Assembly: GCF_018977255.1 (NCBI RefSeq)
Contig: NW_024704742.1
Location: 2,606,001 to 2,670,000 of the forward strand
Source: Callorhinchus milii
Taxonomy: Eukaryota
DNA: 64,000 nucleotides
Reading direction: 5' to 3'
The notes under the pieces are model-generated. The model made no database searches, had not been told where the DNA came from, and worked only from the letters and a program-made list of their open reading frames with translations. This document shows positions 40,851 through 52,828 of this stretch, one piece after another (positions within the stretch are counted from its first letter, which is position 1; each line of letters opens with the position of its first letter). Both the position numbers and the translations under genes were made by a program.

Positions 40851-41929
40851 TTTTCACCAAATTAGCAGCTTCAACACTTTATTTCACCGTTAACAACACT
40901 CATAGGCGTGCCCAACATAATACACACTATAGAGGGGATGGGAATCAGAAATGAATGGCATTCCTTAATGGACAATACCGTGAGAATCACTGTGGGAAAC
41001 TCAACTTTGGAACTGGTATTTTTTGGTTCTTATTCAGGAAGCCTGTTCCGAATTATCACAAATTAGAGGTTAAAGTGTGCAAAAAAGATATTTAACTTGT
41101 GTGTGGGGGGTCAGCGAGGATGTGGGTAGGTGCTTGCCAACTTCTGCACCATGTTCCCTATCTCAGTTCTGTGTCCTGAGGAAGCACCAGAGCTGAGATC
41201 AGTCCCACCCCAGGAGATAGAAACTGACTTGAGACTCACACTGGCAAATGGGCCGTACAACACTGGGCTAGAGAACATAAGCAGTTAGCTGGGGTTACCT
41301 CTCCAGATCATGGTCTTGCAACTTTTTTGCTGTAAAATGCTTGTGTGTGTGTGTGTGTGTGTGTGTGGTGAGGACAGCATTGACCTCAGCTGTGATTTCT
41401 TCATGACTGAGTAATGTACTGCCAACATAAGAAGTCTTTTATCTCACCTGTAGAGTTGTGCACATTTCCCGTTTTGATGGATTGTGCAACAGCATGATGT
41501 TTAGTTTGGCAGCTTGCTTTGATCAAAACAAGAGCCAACATGCCAAGGCTTGTCTTAGATAACAGGGGAGCGAAACTGGTGCAAGTGTCATCTTAATGTA
41601 TGTGGTTAATTGAAACGAAACCCAGTGTCACTTCATAGAAGACATCCAGTGCACACGCCTATTTCTGGACCACATGGAGCTGTCACCTTACTGGCAGTTC
41701 CTTCCTCTGAAGAATCAACATTTCCTACAACTTCTACCACATGTGGGGAGAAGTTGACAGTTGTCACCAGATGTTCAGCCACTGGTCCTATGACCCTTGT
41801 TGTCAAGTGTTCGTATAGATCTGTGTAGAACTAGCTTCTACCCACATTTGGCGGAAGTTGGAGGAAGTTGGTTGAATTTGGTAGAAGTTGTTTGTTATAA
41901 TGGTTGGATTGCCTGCCAACACTCACTAT

Positions 41930-42080
41930 CTTTGGATAGATATTTGGGGAGGACAAATTTGCAAGGCTATGGGGAGAGAGCAGGGGAGTGGGATTGATTG
42001 GGATAGCTCTTTCAAAGAGCCGGCAAGGGCACGATGGGCCGAATTGCCTCCTTCTGTGCTGTATAATTCTATAATTTTAT
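41930..42080 (+). mobile_element. CR1-like 3' terminus
   Basis: gatgggccgaattgcctccttctgtgctgtataattctataatt tail. Confidence 0.7.
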
Positions 42081-42600
42081 GATCTGGATTTACATGTGAA
42101 CAGTGGTTGCTTGACTAATGGAATTGATAAAATGGATAAACACGCAACACATTACTTGCCCAACTAAATATATCCTACCCATTAGAGGTTTGACTCACAG
42201 TGTTGAGGACATATCTGTATTGTCAATTTTCCTGGGGTTTCTGCAGAAACCTCTTGGCTTTTGCTAGGTATGGCTCTTTGGAGACCATTTCACCCCAAGA
42301 AGACCTTAACTCCTGCATCCCTCTCCCTCTAATAGGATATGATTTAGATGTGAGACTCAGTATTCAACATATCAACTTTGAAAACATGAAGTGTTCAGTG
42401 GGCTCGAATCCCACGATTGAAACTCAGAACCTTCATTTCACAAGTTTACCAACTGAGCTAACCGTGGTGTTAGGTGCACATGGATTCACACCCCAGTATT
42501 GGTCACATTTAGATTCTTGTCATGTTTCAGTCGGTTTCATGGTTAGATTCTGACCTCTCTCTTTGAATCTCCGTTTCTCTTCTCTTTCTCTCTTTCGAAG

Positions 42601-43023
42601 GATGACAAGGAGATCGACTTGGAGCACCTTCACAGACGGGCAAACAGCCTCCTCACAGACGACGATAGCCCTCACAAGCAGTTTTCCACCTCGTCCATCG
42701 ACCTGACTCCCTTGGACATCGACTCCTTGCCAACGAGGCAAACCCTGGAACAGATCAGTGACTTTAGAAACACTCATATCACCACCACAACCTTCATACC
42801 AGAGCAGATCCAGACTTTAAGCCGCAGCCTGTCTGCTAAAGCTGCCTCAGGCTTCACATTCGGAGGAATGCCCGAGCACCGAACTGGCCCCTTCAGAAGC
42901 AGGGCACCCAATGGTGGCTTTTTCAGAAGTCCCATCAAAACCATGTCCTCTGTCCCCTATCAGCCAACTCCATCTGCAGTGTACAGCCTGAACAATGACC
43001 CTGACCGGGGCACATCTATATGA
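42601..43023 (+). CDS. GRID2: GRID2 terminal coding exon (cytoplasmic tail with PDZ-binding motif)
   Basis: Long CT tract then ttcgaag|GAT, phase 0. Translates [41 protein letters not shown]...[10 protein letters not shown]. The DPDRGTSI end points to GluD2 rather than GluD1. Confidence 0.97.
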   Translation, partial: DDKEIDLEHLHRRANSLLTDDDSPHKQFSTSSIDLTPLDIDSLPTRQTLEQISDFRNTHITTTTFIPEQIQTLSRSLSAKAASGFTFGGMPEHRTGPFRSRAPNGGFFRSPIKTMSSVPYQPTPSAVYSLNNDPDRGTSI

Positions 43024-45315
43024 ATGTTATATTTTTCACCGGGACTCAGTTGGTGAGATGATAGAAATTATTGGTGGGACTAACCTGGACGTAACTTTTT
43101 TTAAAAAGAAAGTCAGGATCTTAGTTACAGCTTTCTCAGATATAATCGCAATAACTCCAGCCTGTTTATGGCCCAGTATTATGTTTATTTCCGCTGCATT
43201 CAAAATTCAGTGCTTTTATCGCTGGCAGTTACACGTGGTACTTCATTTCGGACCAAAAGGCGCAACCTGCTATTAAAAGTAAGAACATTCAGGCCACAAG
43301 TTCAAAGAATGCTACATTTTTATAGGATCACACTCATAACGAAGCCATCCGGGAACTTGTCAAAATATTTCAGGCATCATGTGGCAAAAACAAACTTAAA
43401 ATATGGTACATTTGGTCCCAGCTTAGACTTTGTTTTAAACAAAATTCCTCTGCAAGGTTGCATTACACGCAGATGTTTTCTAATGTACAGTTTAGGTTAA
43501 ATCCACGATGTCCTGGCTTACAAAGTGGAAATCATTTGCAACAGTTTCCTAAGGTGTTAATAGGAGAAAGTATGTTAGATATTGCCAGGTAAATGAATGT
43601 CAGATTTTTTCGGTGTTGTGGTTTTTGGTGCTGGAGGAAGTAAAATGCCAAAATGTCCTTCTGAAGTTGCAAAGTATTGAGTTCATTGCTGCTATGTAAT
43701 AGTACGTCTTGACAGTCAATGACAAGCATTAATTCTTTCGGCTAATAGTGGATAACCTTAACAAAAGCAACCCCCACCTTATACGGAATTGCAGTTCAGA
43801 AATCCAATGGTAGAATTGGGGATTGTTAGAGGGAATATTTTTTGAACAAAACATAGGGACGGAAAAGTTGATTACCGTTCAAGATTAACTGTTCGCGGGG
43901 GGGGGGGGGGGGGGAAATATGTGATGTCTCTAACTTTAAAAACGCAAACCTTTTCCAGACTCATATCTGCCTGGAATTTGAACTAATGAACGAGAAAATG
44001 GAGTTGGAAGTAGATTCTGTCTGTCTTAACAATGTGGCCTTAAATGTGTTACATGGGAATCGAATAGCAAACCAAACTGCAAAAGGTATGTTCCGACAGC
44101 CTTCTAGATCCTTGTTCCTGCTTGCTTTAACGATCATATTTGCTCAGTTAGAACAGAAAACAGTCACACTGCATGAGATGGGACAAGCTGTGTAGATAAT
44201 AACTCTTTGTTCTCAAAGAAGCCAGATATTCCTCGGTTTCGCTAAAAGATAATGTACTCCTCACATGCTATAGATTATGATTAACCAGTTGTCCATTACA
44301 ACAATCGGGTTCGAACATTAAACCGTTTTGCATCGGGATATGTAATGGCCGTATTTATGAATCAGTGTATATGGAGGTTAAGCGGTGTTGGATGAATCAT
44401 TTACACAGCTTTACGGAGTCTAGAGAGTGTAACTGTTTCATGCTGACGCTGGAAGCTATATATGTATTTTTGGAGCCTCTTTTTTTTAAGTTGCAGCTTT
44501 AAGCAGTTGGGTAGCTCGTCAAGTGGTAGTTAAATTGTGCTTTAAGTACGTTTCCAACAAGGTAAACTCCATTTTTCGTGCAGTGTTGCAAACTCTGGGG
44601 ACGTCAGCGCCTGAAGGGAGTGCCACTTTCACCACCAAACGTCTTTTAGAAACACTAACTGTGTCACACACCATGGCAAATGAGAAATTTGTGATGCGTT
44701 TCTTTTAACTTTAAAAAAACAATAATTAATAAGTGGTAGGTAGAAAGCAGCTATGTTTTCTGTGTTCGATTACAACTTTAGGTGTAACTTAACTAATGAT
44801 TAATTAACAAAAGGAGAAAAAAAAAAGGCTTACAGCTGTTTCCTCAGAATTTATCTTGTCCAGTGAGGGTGGGCAAACAACAAAGTATATATTTTGATGC
44901 TAATTCTTCTCTTTTACCTGTTCTGAGCAGCGTTCTGATAGTTATGTTACTGGTTTGTACAATACAATGTCTACAGTGTAAGACAAACCCATTTTTACCA
45001 CAGAGACCGTTTATAGTATGAATAATGCAAGTTAACGGAAGCATGCGCAACTTGCATAACCTTGTCACTCTCTCTATTTCATATCTGTTGTTATGAATTT
45101 TCATTTGGACACAGTATACAGGGACAAACCAGATTACAATAATTTACTGGGTTAGAAAAAGAACCATAGTTAATCATAACCAATATTTATAGGCCTATTT
45201 TGATGTCGGTGTTGCATATAAAGAACACTTTTTTGATGGGGAAGGGGGCCTCTGTTACAAGTGGCGAAGCTTTCTGTGTATCATTTGTCTAATAAAAATG
45301 TTTTTTTTTCATACC
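43024..45315 (+). other. GRID2: Probable GRID2 3'UTR
   Basis: Follows the stop codon, AT-rich, no recognisable SINE/LINE over ~2.3 kb, and ends at an AATAAA followed by T/GT-rich sequence. The 3' end is inferred. Confidence 0.6.
45291..45296 (+). terminator. Polyadenylation signal AATAAA (GRID2)
   Basis: tttgtctAATAAAaatg followed by T-rich and GT-rich downstream elements; repeats resume shortly after. Confidence 0.6.
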
Positions 45316-45527
45316 CGGCGTTTTTTTGTTCGTTTATTTCAAACAGAATCACAGCCCGACATACTCGACGGTGTTTCAATATCAACCAATAAGCACCTGT
45401 GCACATTCTAGGGGGGAATGGGAGCCCACAAGCCATCGTCTGCTCCACACGAGGAGGCTACCACCTTGATGCACCTTTGTAATGAAATAGGATGTATCTT
45501 ATTGTCAATCACATAAGGAGTCACAAG

Positions 45528-45559
<32 letters not shown>

Positions 45560-48500
45560 CCTTCCATTTGATTTAAAACCTAACCAAGATGTCTCAAAGC
45601 ACTTCACAAGATATATGGTAAAGTGGTATGACTGTTGTTTGAATGAAGATTGGTTTGGATGAAGAATTCTTCCTTCCAGTCCTCATCACAGCATCACCTT
45701 GCTTTTGAAACTAGTCCGGTGGTCCTGGCCTCAACCACCGTTGCTGGCAACCTCTTCCAGGCGTTAATTATTCTCTTGACTAAAGGGTCTAAAGTTTCTC
45801 TCGCCCTCCACTGCTGCTCTTCTTACGTTGCTAGAACCATGATTGAGCCCCCTGTGGAAAATAATGTATCAGCTACAAATGTGGATTATAACAACAATAA
45901 CAATTGCAATTATACAACGCCTTTCAACTCCGCTTTTCTTTTCTGCCAGAGTCACATGAACTGACTTTGGGGGTATAAAGATGGTCGTTTAGCAACGTTT
46001 GGGGAAGGAGAATCTGGAGGGAAGTTAGAGTCACTGTTGTACTGCCAAACTGTCCCGGAAGAAGGTAACAGATCACTCGTGTTGCTATGTTATTATAATA
46101 TGGAAGCGTTGCTATTATATTTGACTGTACTTTGACTTGAGGTTTTGTTGTGTGTGTTCGATGACATACATTCTTAGTAAAGAAGTCATTTGATTCGAAC
46201 CATTACAGCCACGGTTTGTCGCCTTGCACGCAATCCTTTCGTGGAAACCCCACTTAAGCCGAATGATACACCTGCCTTTTATTTCATGCCCTGAAACAGC
46301 GTTCTGCCTTCACAGGAAGAAAATGTTTACTAACACGGTTAACTGATGGTCACCTACACCTGCTCTCCACTTTAAAATGCTGTGAAGTGCTTTGAGATGT
46401 TTTTTTATGATGCGATAAAGAGCTATATCGCTCCCCAGTCCACCACCCAGTGCCTCCGCTCGACTGACACCGGCCTCGTGACTGTCCCTCAAAGCTACTG
46501 CTCCACCATTGGAGGTCGCGCATTCAGCCACTACGCCCCGAAACTCTGGAGGACTTTTTTCCCCCTCAATCCCTCCGCCTTTAAGTGAATTAATTGAGGA
46601 CGTTGCTGCAGTCTGAGCTGTTTTTTCTGAACGATACGCGGATAGTGCTATTCTACTCCAGAAATCAGTGAAATTAAACTCAATTGTTCCCTGTAGTTTA
46701 AATCACTCGAGTAGATTATTGAGCCTGCTTTCCTTTGCTGTTTGCTGTGCACACTCTGCCAACCTGCCCGATAAAATGTCGACTGCAAGCACTGAAGAGG
46801 AAAAATAAACAGAGGACCGAAACGTTATATAAAGCAAACAACAATCAGCTGTGAGCATGTTCGAGATGGTTACCAGGTGTATTTCGCGCACAGATATACA
46901 GTCAATTCACATTACAGTACATCCCGTGAAGCGCTATGAGATGTCTAGAAGACGTGATAAGGCGCTATATCAAATGCAAGGATTATTATTATTACTATTA
47001 TTGACAAGCTCCCGGGCTTTAGACTGCCAAACCAACCACAAGAATGAAGATGCAATTTCAAACCCCTTGAGTGTTTTGCAGCCTTGGAGCAAAACTCGCA
47101 GGCATCTGTTGTTCTGCTATTGCACGACAAGAAAAGCAATGACCGAAAAGATCTTTATGTAAGCGCAAATATTATAAATTCACATAGGAGTTAAGTGATT
47201 ATCCAGGTCCAACTTTGGACAGGGTAAATTAATGAGATGAAGCATCATTCTGGAATTGCACTAAGACCTTTCGTTTGGTTGAGATTCGTGAGACTGAGTG
47301 CGCAATCAATCCCACTGCATGTGTGGGGGGAAAAAAACAGCAGATACTGTAAAACCACAGCGCCGATGAGTGAAATAATAAATATTATCTGAAGAAAGTC
47401 CTTAGAGATTTGTGAAGTGCAGGCTCACACTATCTTGCCAGTTTAATCAAATTCATGGCGTTCTACTCCTCCATAGTATTGTCTGTCTATTGTATCTTCT
47501 TAAAAATAATGAGAATTTCTACGAGGTAGAGTGTGCCAGAGGACTCGAGAAGGAATTGCATAGCTAAATGATGAAGTAACTGATAGCCCGGGGTAGGAGA
47601 ATTACCCTTCTAGTTACTTTGGACCTCAATAGTCTTTCTCCTAAACATTCCTACGTTCCTAAGGTTAAAGCAAGCTCCGATGATTAAATGATTTGACTGG
47701 AGCAAAGAACCAAAGCGATACTCGTTGAATGGAGCAATCATCTTACATTGCATGGTTCAAAAAAAGGATATCGTGGAAAATTGTCGAAGCCATCCAGCCG
47801 GAATGATGCTTCAGTCGCGTTTGCCTTTCCCACGGCTGACATATTCTGGGTGGATGGTTTCCAAAAATGTTCCTGCAATGTCCATTATACTTTGTAGAGT
47901 TACAAAGGTTGTTACAGCACGGAAACAAGCCATTGAGCTCAACTAGTCAACGCCGATGTTTATACTCCACGTCTCCTGATCTGCTCTCTCACGCCCCTCC
48001 ATTAGGAGAGACGAAGAAAGAGAGTACAAATCGGAACGTGTAATTAAGCTCAATATGGCGTCGAGATTCTCGAGAATAGATACTGAAAGCGAACGTCACA
48101 GGCCAACAACGACGGATACCCTCGGAATCCGGTGCTATAGAGGAACGTTTAAAGAAGCTGGGATTCTTTTCAAAGCATTGAAGCAGAATATAAAATAATA
48201 ACCAAGCGGGCGATTCACATTCAATGGCAACTTAACCAGCTTTAAGCTTAAATTGGGACCGCACTCTCTCCCTTGCTCGCTTTGCTCAGCCTAACACTGA
48301 GTTACTGCTCCTTCCCTGATCCCTCTCTGGCCTTGCCCTCAGCCACTATGTCCCTGTGCCCTGGAGTTCCCTGCCTCTGACCTTCCATCTCGCCCCCTCT
48401 TCATCTGGCTTTAAATCCCCTCCTCAAAACCTACCTCTTCGACTGCGCCTCTCTTCACTTCCCCCTCCTCCTTCAGCATCCAGCCCTCACTGTACGGTTC

Positions 48501-48571
48501 TCTGAGATGGTACTCTACGTGAAGGGTAAATGCCAGTCGTAGTTGCTGCATTACTTCTTGCTGTACTTAAC

Positions 48572-48945
48572 ATATAATAATACTATTACTAATAATACTT
48601 GCATTTGACATAGCGCTTTTCACGTTTTCTAGACTGTCTCGAAGCGCTTCACGGAATACACCGTAAAGGGAATTAATTCTGTATTTGCGGGTGAAACGCG
48701 GCAGCCAATTGCGCACAGCAGTGATCCGCAAATAGGCGTGGATTGGGTGACTTTTTTGAGGGATTATTATCCCCGGAAAAGTGATCTGGCAATCGGCTAA
48801 CAACCGGGTTGCAACTTATTGCTAGGTAAACAGAGGCGTGTGGAGTAAGGAATTTTTTGCCCAACATTTCGCCCCCTGCCCGGGAATCGAACTCAGGTCC
48901 TCTTGCTTGCGAGAGCGAGTGTTCTAACCACTGAGCTACAGGACT
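48572..48945 (-). mobile_element. tRNA-headed SINE, long variant, full length
   Basis: Reverse-complement head ...ctaaccactgagctacaggact, internal block, and tail ttgcatttgacatagcgcttttcac. Confidence 0.9.
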
Positions 48946-50379
48946 ATAAAATAGTAAATAAAATATGAGCTATAAAATAGTAAATAGTCATATTTGTCCA
49001 TACATATATTCCATGTAGTTAAAGAAAAAGCAAGTCACCGGTAGTAAGTTTATGACAGTAATTCACTCTTATCGTTCCATTTATGCTCGTGAACTGCTGA
49101 AGCTTCCCTCGATTGAACTGTCCAATTAAATTACTACTTTGTAATGTTCTGCCAAACATCTGTTTCCCTATATGTATCATCAGATGCAGTCTCTGCCTGG
49201 AGACTTTTAAAATGTATAAATGCATGGATTGCCATCATCCTATGCAGATCCCAATGAGCAATGTCACCCTCCAGTGGCATTTGCTAAATATGTACCTTTG
49301 ATGCGTAAGGAAACAAATAAGTTTCGGTAATAATGTGCCATGTTATAACAAGGCAGCCTTGCAACTTTGGCAATAATGCACAAACAATGTTGTGAGATGA
49401 ATGTGCTGGATGGTTGCAAAATGCTCAGAGCCAAAGAGTATAATAATAATAATAATAATAAAATAATAATATAATAATAATGCCTTCAGCCACTGTGCCC
49501 CGAGGCTCTGAAACTCCCTTCCTCACTCCCTTCGTCTCGTTCCCTCCCTTCTCGTTTTCAGGTCTCTGCTGAAGACCTTTCTTTTCGACCGGGCTTTTTC
49601 CTTCGAATGGACTTCCCCCCCAATTCCTTTGCTGTGCCTAAAGTCTGTAAAGAAAAGGGCTTTCAACGTTGGTCCAACCGTTTCGAGTAGACCGTTCACA
49701 GGTTAAACGCACCCGCTTTTTGTTCCGCTAAAACTAGAATAATCAATAAGGATAGAAAAACTGTACGTGGCTTACAAATGGGCAGTTAAAGATTTTCTTT
49801 TCTCTTTGTTAAAAGCCCCATTTTTCCCGGCGACTGGAGTCGAGACAAAGTAAGTACTCTTGGTATCAATAGTGTTTTTTTTCCCACCTTTTCTCTTTTG
49901 CTCTATGCAGATTTCTTCAAACTCTTTGGAGAAAAAATAGAGAGAGCCACAGCCTTAGAGGTCCCGGACATTTACACGGGGGAAGCTGTACTTCTGGTCC
50001 GGAGAGAGAGAAACGTCAATGGACTTCAGGGAGCGTTGAGATACCCACTGTCGAAGGCACTGAAGCAGCAACCGCTCAACGGAAGGAACGTCAGCAGAAC
50101 ACCAGGAACTAGTGCGACAGGTCTGTGAGGGGAATAAAGTGAACAGGCGATACAAGACAGAATACGGCGCAGAATACAAAATGATATGACAAGCTCGTGT
50201 GAGGGGGATGGGGGGGTGGTGGGGGGGGAAGGAACCATAAGTGGTGAGGGGAACATCTCCTCGCGATACATGATAAAAGGAGGGATTTACAGAAAGGACG
50301 TTCAGGGATGTACGAAAGTCGAGAAGTAAAAGGATTGAAAAGGAAATCCAGAGTAACGCAGTTAGGAGGACACGTGTTC

Positions 50380-50597
50380 AACAACAGCAACGTTACATTT
50401 ATACAGCGCCTTTCACGTCGGGAAGACGTCCCAAGGCACCGGGTCGAAGAGGAGGGCCTTGAAGGTGGCGAGGGGAGGGGACGAGGCGGAGGGACTGCGG
50501 GATGGAGTTCCAGAGGGTGGGGGCAGAGGGGCGGAAGTCCCGCCCGCCAATGGTGGGGCAGGCGAGGCGGGGGACATGAAGCAGGCCGGGGCCCGCT
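50380..50597 (-). mobile_element. L2-like LINE 3' end
   Basis: Minus-strand GLLHVPRLACPTIGGRDFRPSAPTLWNSIPQSLRL with tail. Confidence 0.8.
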
Positions 50598-50765
50598 GTT
50601 GTTGTTGTTGTTGTCGTCATTGTCGTTGTTTTTGTCGTTGTCGTCATGGTTGTCGTCATTGTTTTTGCTGTTGTTGTCGTTGCCGTTGTCGTCGTCGTTG
50701 TAGTCTTTGTTGTCGTTGTCGTCGTCGTCGTTGTTGTTGTCGTTGTTGTTTTTGTTGTTGTTGTT
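50598..50765. repeat. (GTT/GTC)n trinucleotide array
   Basis: Direct inspection. Confidence 0.95.
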
Positions 50766-50799
50766 GAGCGCTTTTCCCAGCGACTTCTGTTATTTTTTT

Positions 50800-51152
50800 C
50801 CCCTCCCCCCCAGTGCCCCTCCCCCCCAGTGGCCCCCTCCCCCCAGTGCCCCCCCAGTGCCCCCCCACCCCAGTGGCCCCCCCCCCCCCCAGTGGCCCCC
50901 TCCCCCCCCAGTGGCCCCCTCCCCCCCCAGTGGCCCCCTCTCCCCCCCAGTGGCCCCCTCCCCCCCCCAGTGGCCCCCTCCCCCCCCAGTGGCCCCCTCC
51001 CCCCCCCAGTGGCCCCCTCCCCCCCCAGTGGCCCCCTCCCCCCCCCAGTGGCCCCCTCCCCCCCCCCAGTGGCCCCCTCCCCCCCCCAGTGGCCCCCTCC
51101 CCCCCCCAGTGGCCCCTCCCCAGTGCCCCCCCCCCCAGTGGCCCCTCCCCCA
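50800..51152. repeat. C-rich minisatellite, unit ~cagtggccccctcccccccc
   Basis: Tandem ~19-21-nt units with variable C-run length. Confidence 0.95.
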
Positions 51153-51202
51153 GTTGCTGTGCTGTCACAGTGATTGACAGTCGGGGGGAGGGGCCTCTCT
51201 CT

Positions 51203-51216
51203 GTTTCCATGGCAGC
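51203..51216. promoter_or_regulatory. RFX X-box-like element GTTTCCATGGCAGC
   Basis: One mismatch from the X-box GTTTCCATGGCAAC; ~1.25 kb upstream of a ciliary/flagellar gene start. Confidence 0.45.
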
Positions 51217-51261
51217 GAATACACACAGTGACCGCCACAGAGTGAGTAAAGTGTGTAAACC

Positions 51262-52131
51262 ACTGTGTGTGTGTGTGTGTGTGTAAACCACTGTGTGTGT
51301 GTGTGGTGTGGGGGTGGGGGGGGGGTGGGGGTGGGGGTGGGGGTGGGGGTGGGGGTGGTGTGGGGGTGGGGGTGGGGGTGGTGTGGGGGTGAGGGTGGGG
51401 GTGGGGGTGGGGGTGGTGCGGGGGTGAGGTGGGGGTGGTGTGGGGGTGGGGGTGGGGTTGGTGAGGGGGTGGTGTGATGGTGTGGGGGTGGGGGTTGGGG
51501 TGGGGGTGGTGTGGGTGTGGGGGTGGTGGTGTGGGGGTGGGGATGGTGTGGTGGTGTGGGGGTGGGGGTGGGGTGGTGAGGGGGTGGGGGTGGTGAGGGG
51601 TGGGGGTGGGGGTGGTGAGGGGTGGGGGTGGTGGTGTGGTGGTGTGGGGTGGTGTGGGGGTGGGGGTTGGGGTGGGGGTGGGGTGGTGAGGGGGTGGGGG
51701 TGGGGTGATGAGGGGGTGGGGGTGGGGTGGTGAGGGTGTGGTGGTGAGGGGGTTGGGGTGGGGGTGGGGGTGGTGTGGGGGTGGGGGTGGTGAGGGGGTG
51801 GGGGTGGTGAGGGGGTGGGGGTGGTGAGGGGTGGTGTGGTGGTGAGGGGGTGGGGGTGGTGAGGGGGTGGGGGTGGGGTGGTGAGGGGGTGGGGGTGGTG
51901 GTGTGGTGGTGTGGGGGTGGTGTGGGGGTGGGGGTTGGGGTGGGGGTGGGGGTGGTGAGGGGGTGGGGGTGGGGGTGATGAGGGGGTGGGGGTGGGGTGG
52001 TGAGGGTGTGGTGGTGAGGGGGTTGGGGTGGGGGTGGGGGTGGTGTGGGGGTGGGGGTGGTGAGGGGGTGGGGGTGGTGAGGGGGTGGGGGTGGTGAGGG
52101 GGTGGTGTGGTGGTGAGGGGGTGGTGTGGGG
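51262..52131. repeat. G-rich (GGGGT/GGT/GGTGA)n array preceded by (GT)n
   Basis: About 850 nt of G-runs separated by T or TGA, with internal higher-order duplication. Confidence 0.95.
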
Positions 52132-52454
52132 TCCCTATAGATGTACCTTCGGCCGAAACGAACGGTGCGATCGGGATATTGAAACAGATCCCGTCGCCAA
52201 CGAGCACCGGGTCCGACCCCCACCCCGAGCGCTTCCCTCTCCCCCACCTCCGGCCAACGCTCAGACGTCCCCGGTGGACCCGACGCTGATCCGGTGCCGT
52301 CTGCGACCCCCTCCTTTCCGCGCCTGACCCGGTGACTGTTTTATCTTCGACTCTTGTCGGCAGGAAAGCGTTGCCCTCCCTCTCCCTCGGTGCCGCTGGC
52401 ATGCTCGCCCCTCGCCCGGAGACCCTCTAGTGTCGAGCCGACGGCTGCTCCAAG

Positions 52455-52566
52455 ATGTACGACCGAGCCCCCCGAGTGTCCAATTTCATCACCGACCCGA
52501 CGGGACCCGCCGTGGGTCCGGCCTCGTACAACGTCGCCCGCCGCAAGGTGGCGGATGAGACCCAGG
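52455..52566 (+). CDS. STPG2: STPG2-like exon 1 (start codon)
   Basis: caagATG context; MYDRAPRVSNFITDPTGPAVGPASYNVARRKVADETQ+G, donor CAGG|gtaaga. The MYDRAPR...VGP.SY.V N-terminus matches STPG2 as I recall it. Confidence 0.88.
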
Positions 52567-52828
52567 GTAAGAGGGAAGGCTGCCTCGGGCCGACTTTTCG
52601 GACGGTGATCGGCAGAGGATGGGGTGGGAGGAAGGCGATAAGAGCGGGGAGGTGGGTGGGGGTGGGGGTGAGGGGGTACGGGGGGGTGGGGGGGGGTCAC
52701 TCGGATTTTGTCTGTTGCAAGACTTCGGCGTCGCTAAAAAGCTTTATCGATCCACCGCTGTTGCTTTTCGGCGTCCAGTCTGCAGATGCCTCGGTTCAAA
52801 CTCACCCAACAAGTTCCTCTCTTTCCAG

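Noticed and set aside
6931..42600. Flip/flop-style duplicate of a GRID2 exon
   Set aside because: No second KWW- or M4-like exon was found by eye in either intron.
49660..49705. Minus-strand cctgtgaacggtctactcgaaacg, resembling a Penelope-type mini-hammerhead
   Set aside because: The core deviates from CUGANGA and stem II is poor; no associated Penelope ORF.
50800..51152. CRISPR-like or telomere-like regular repeats
   Set aside because: No unique spacers, eukaryotic context, and the units are not TTAGGG.
50399..52402. 667-aa Pro/His/Thr/Gly-rich ORF on the - strand and overlapping ORFs
   Set aside because: It runs through three simple-repeat arrays and an L2 tail; the absence of stops follows from base composition.
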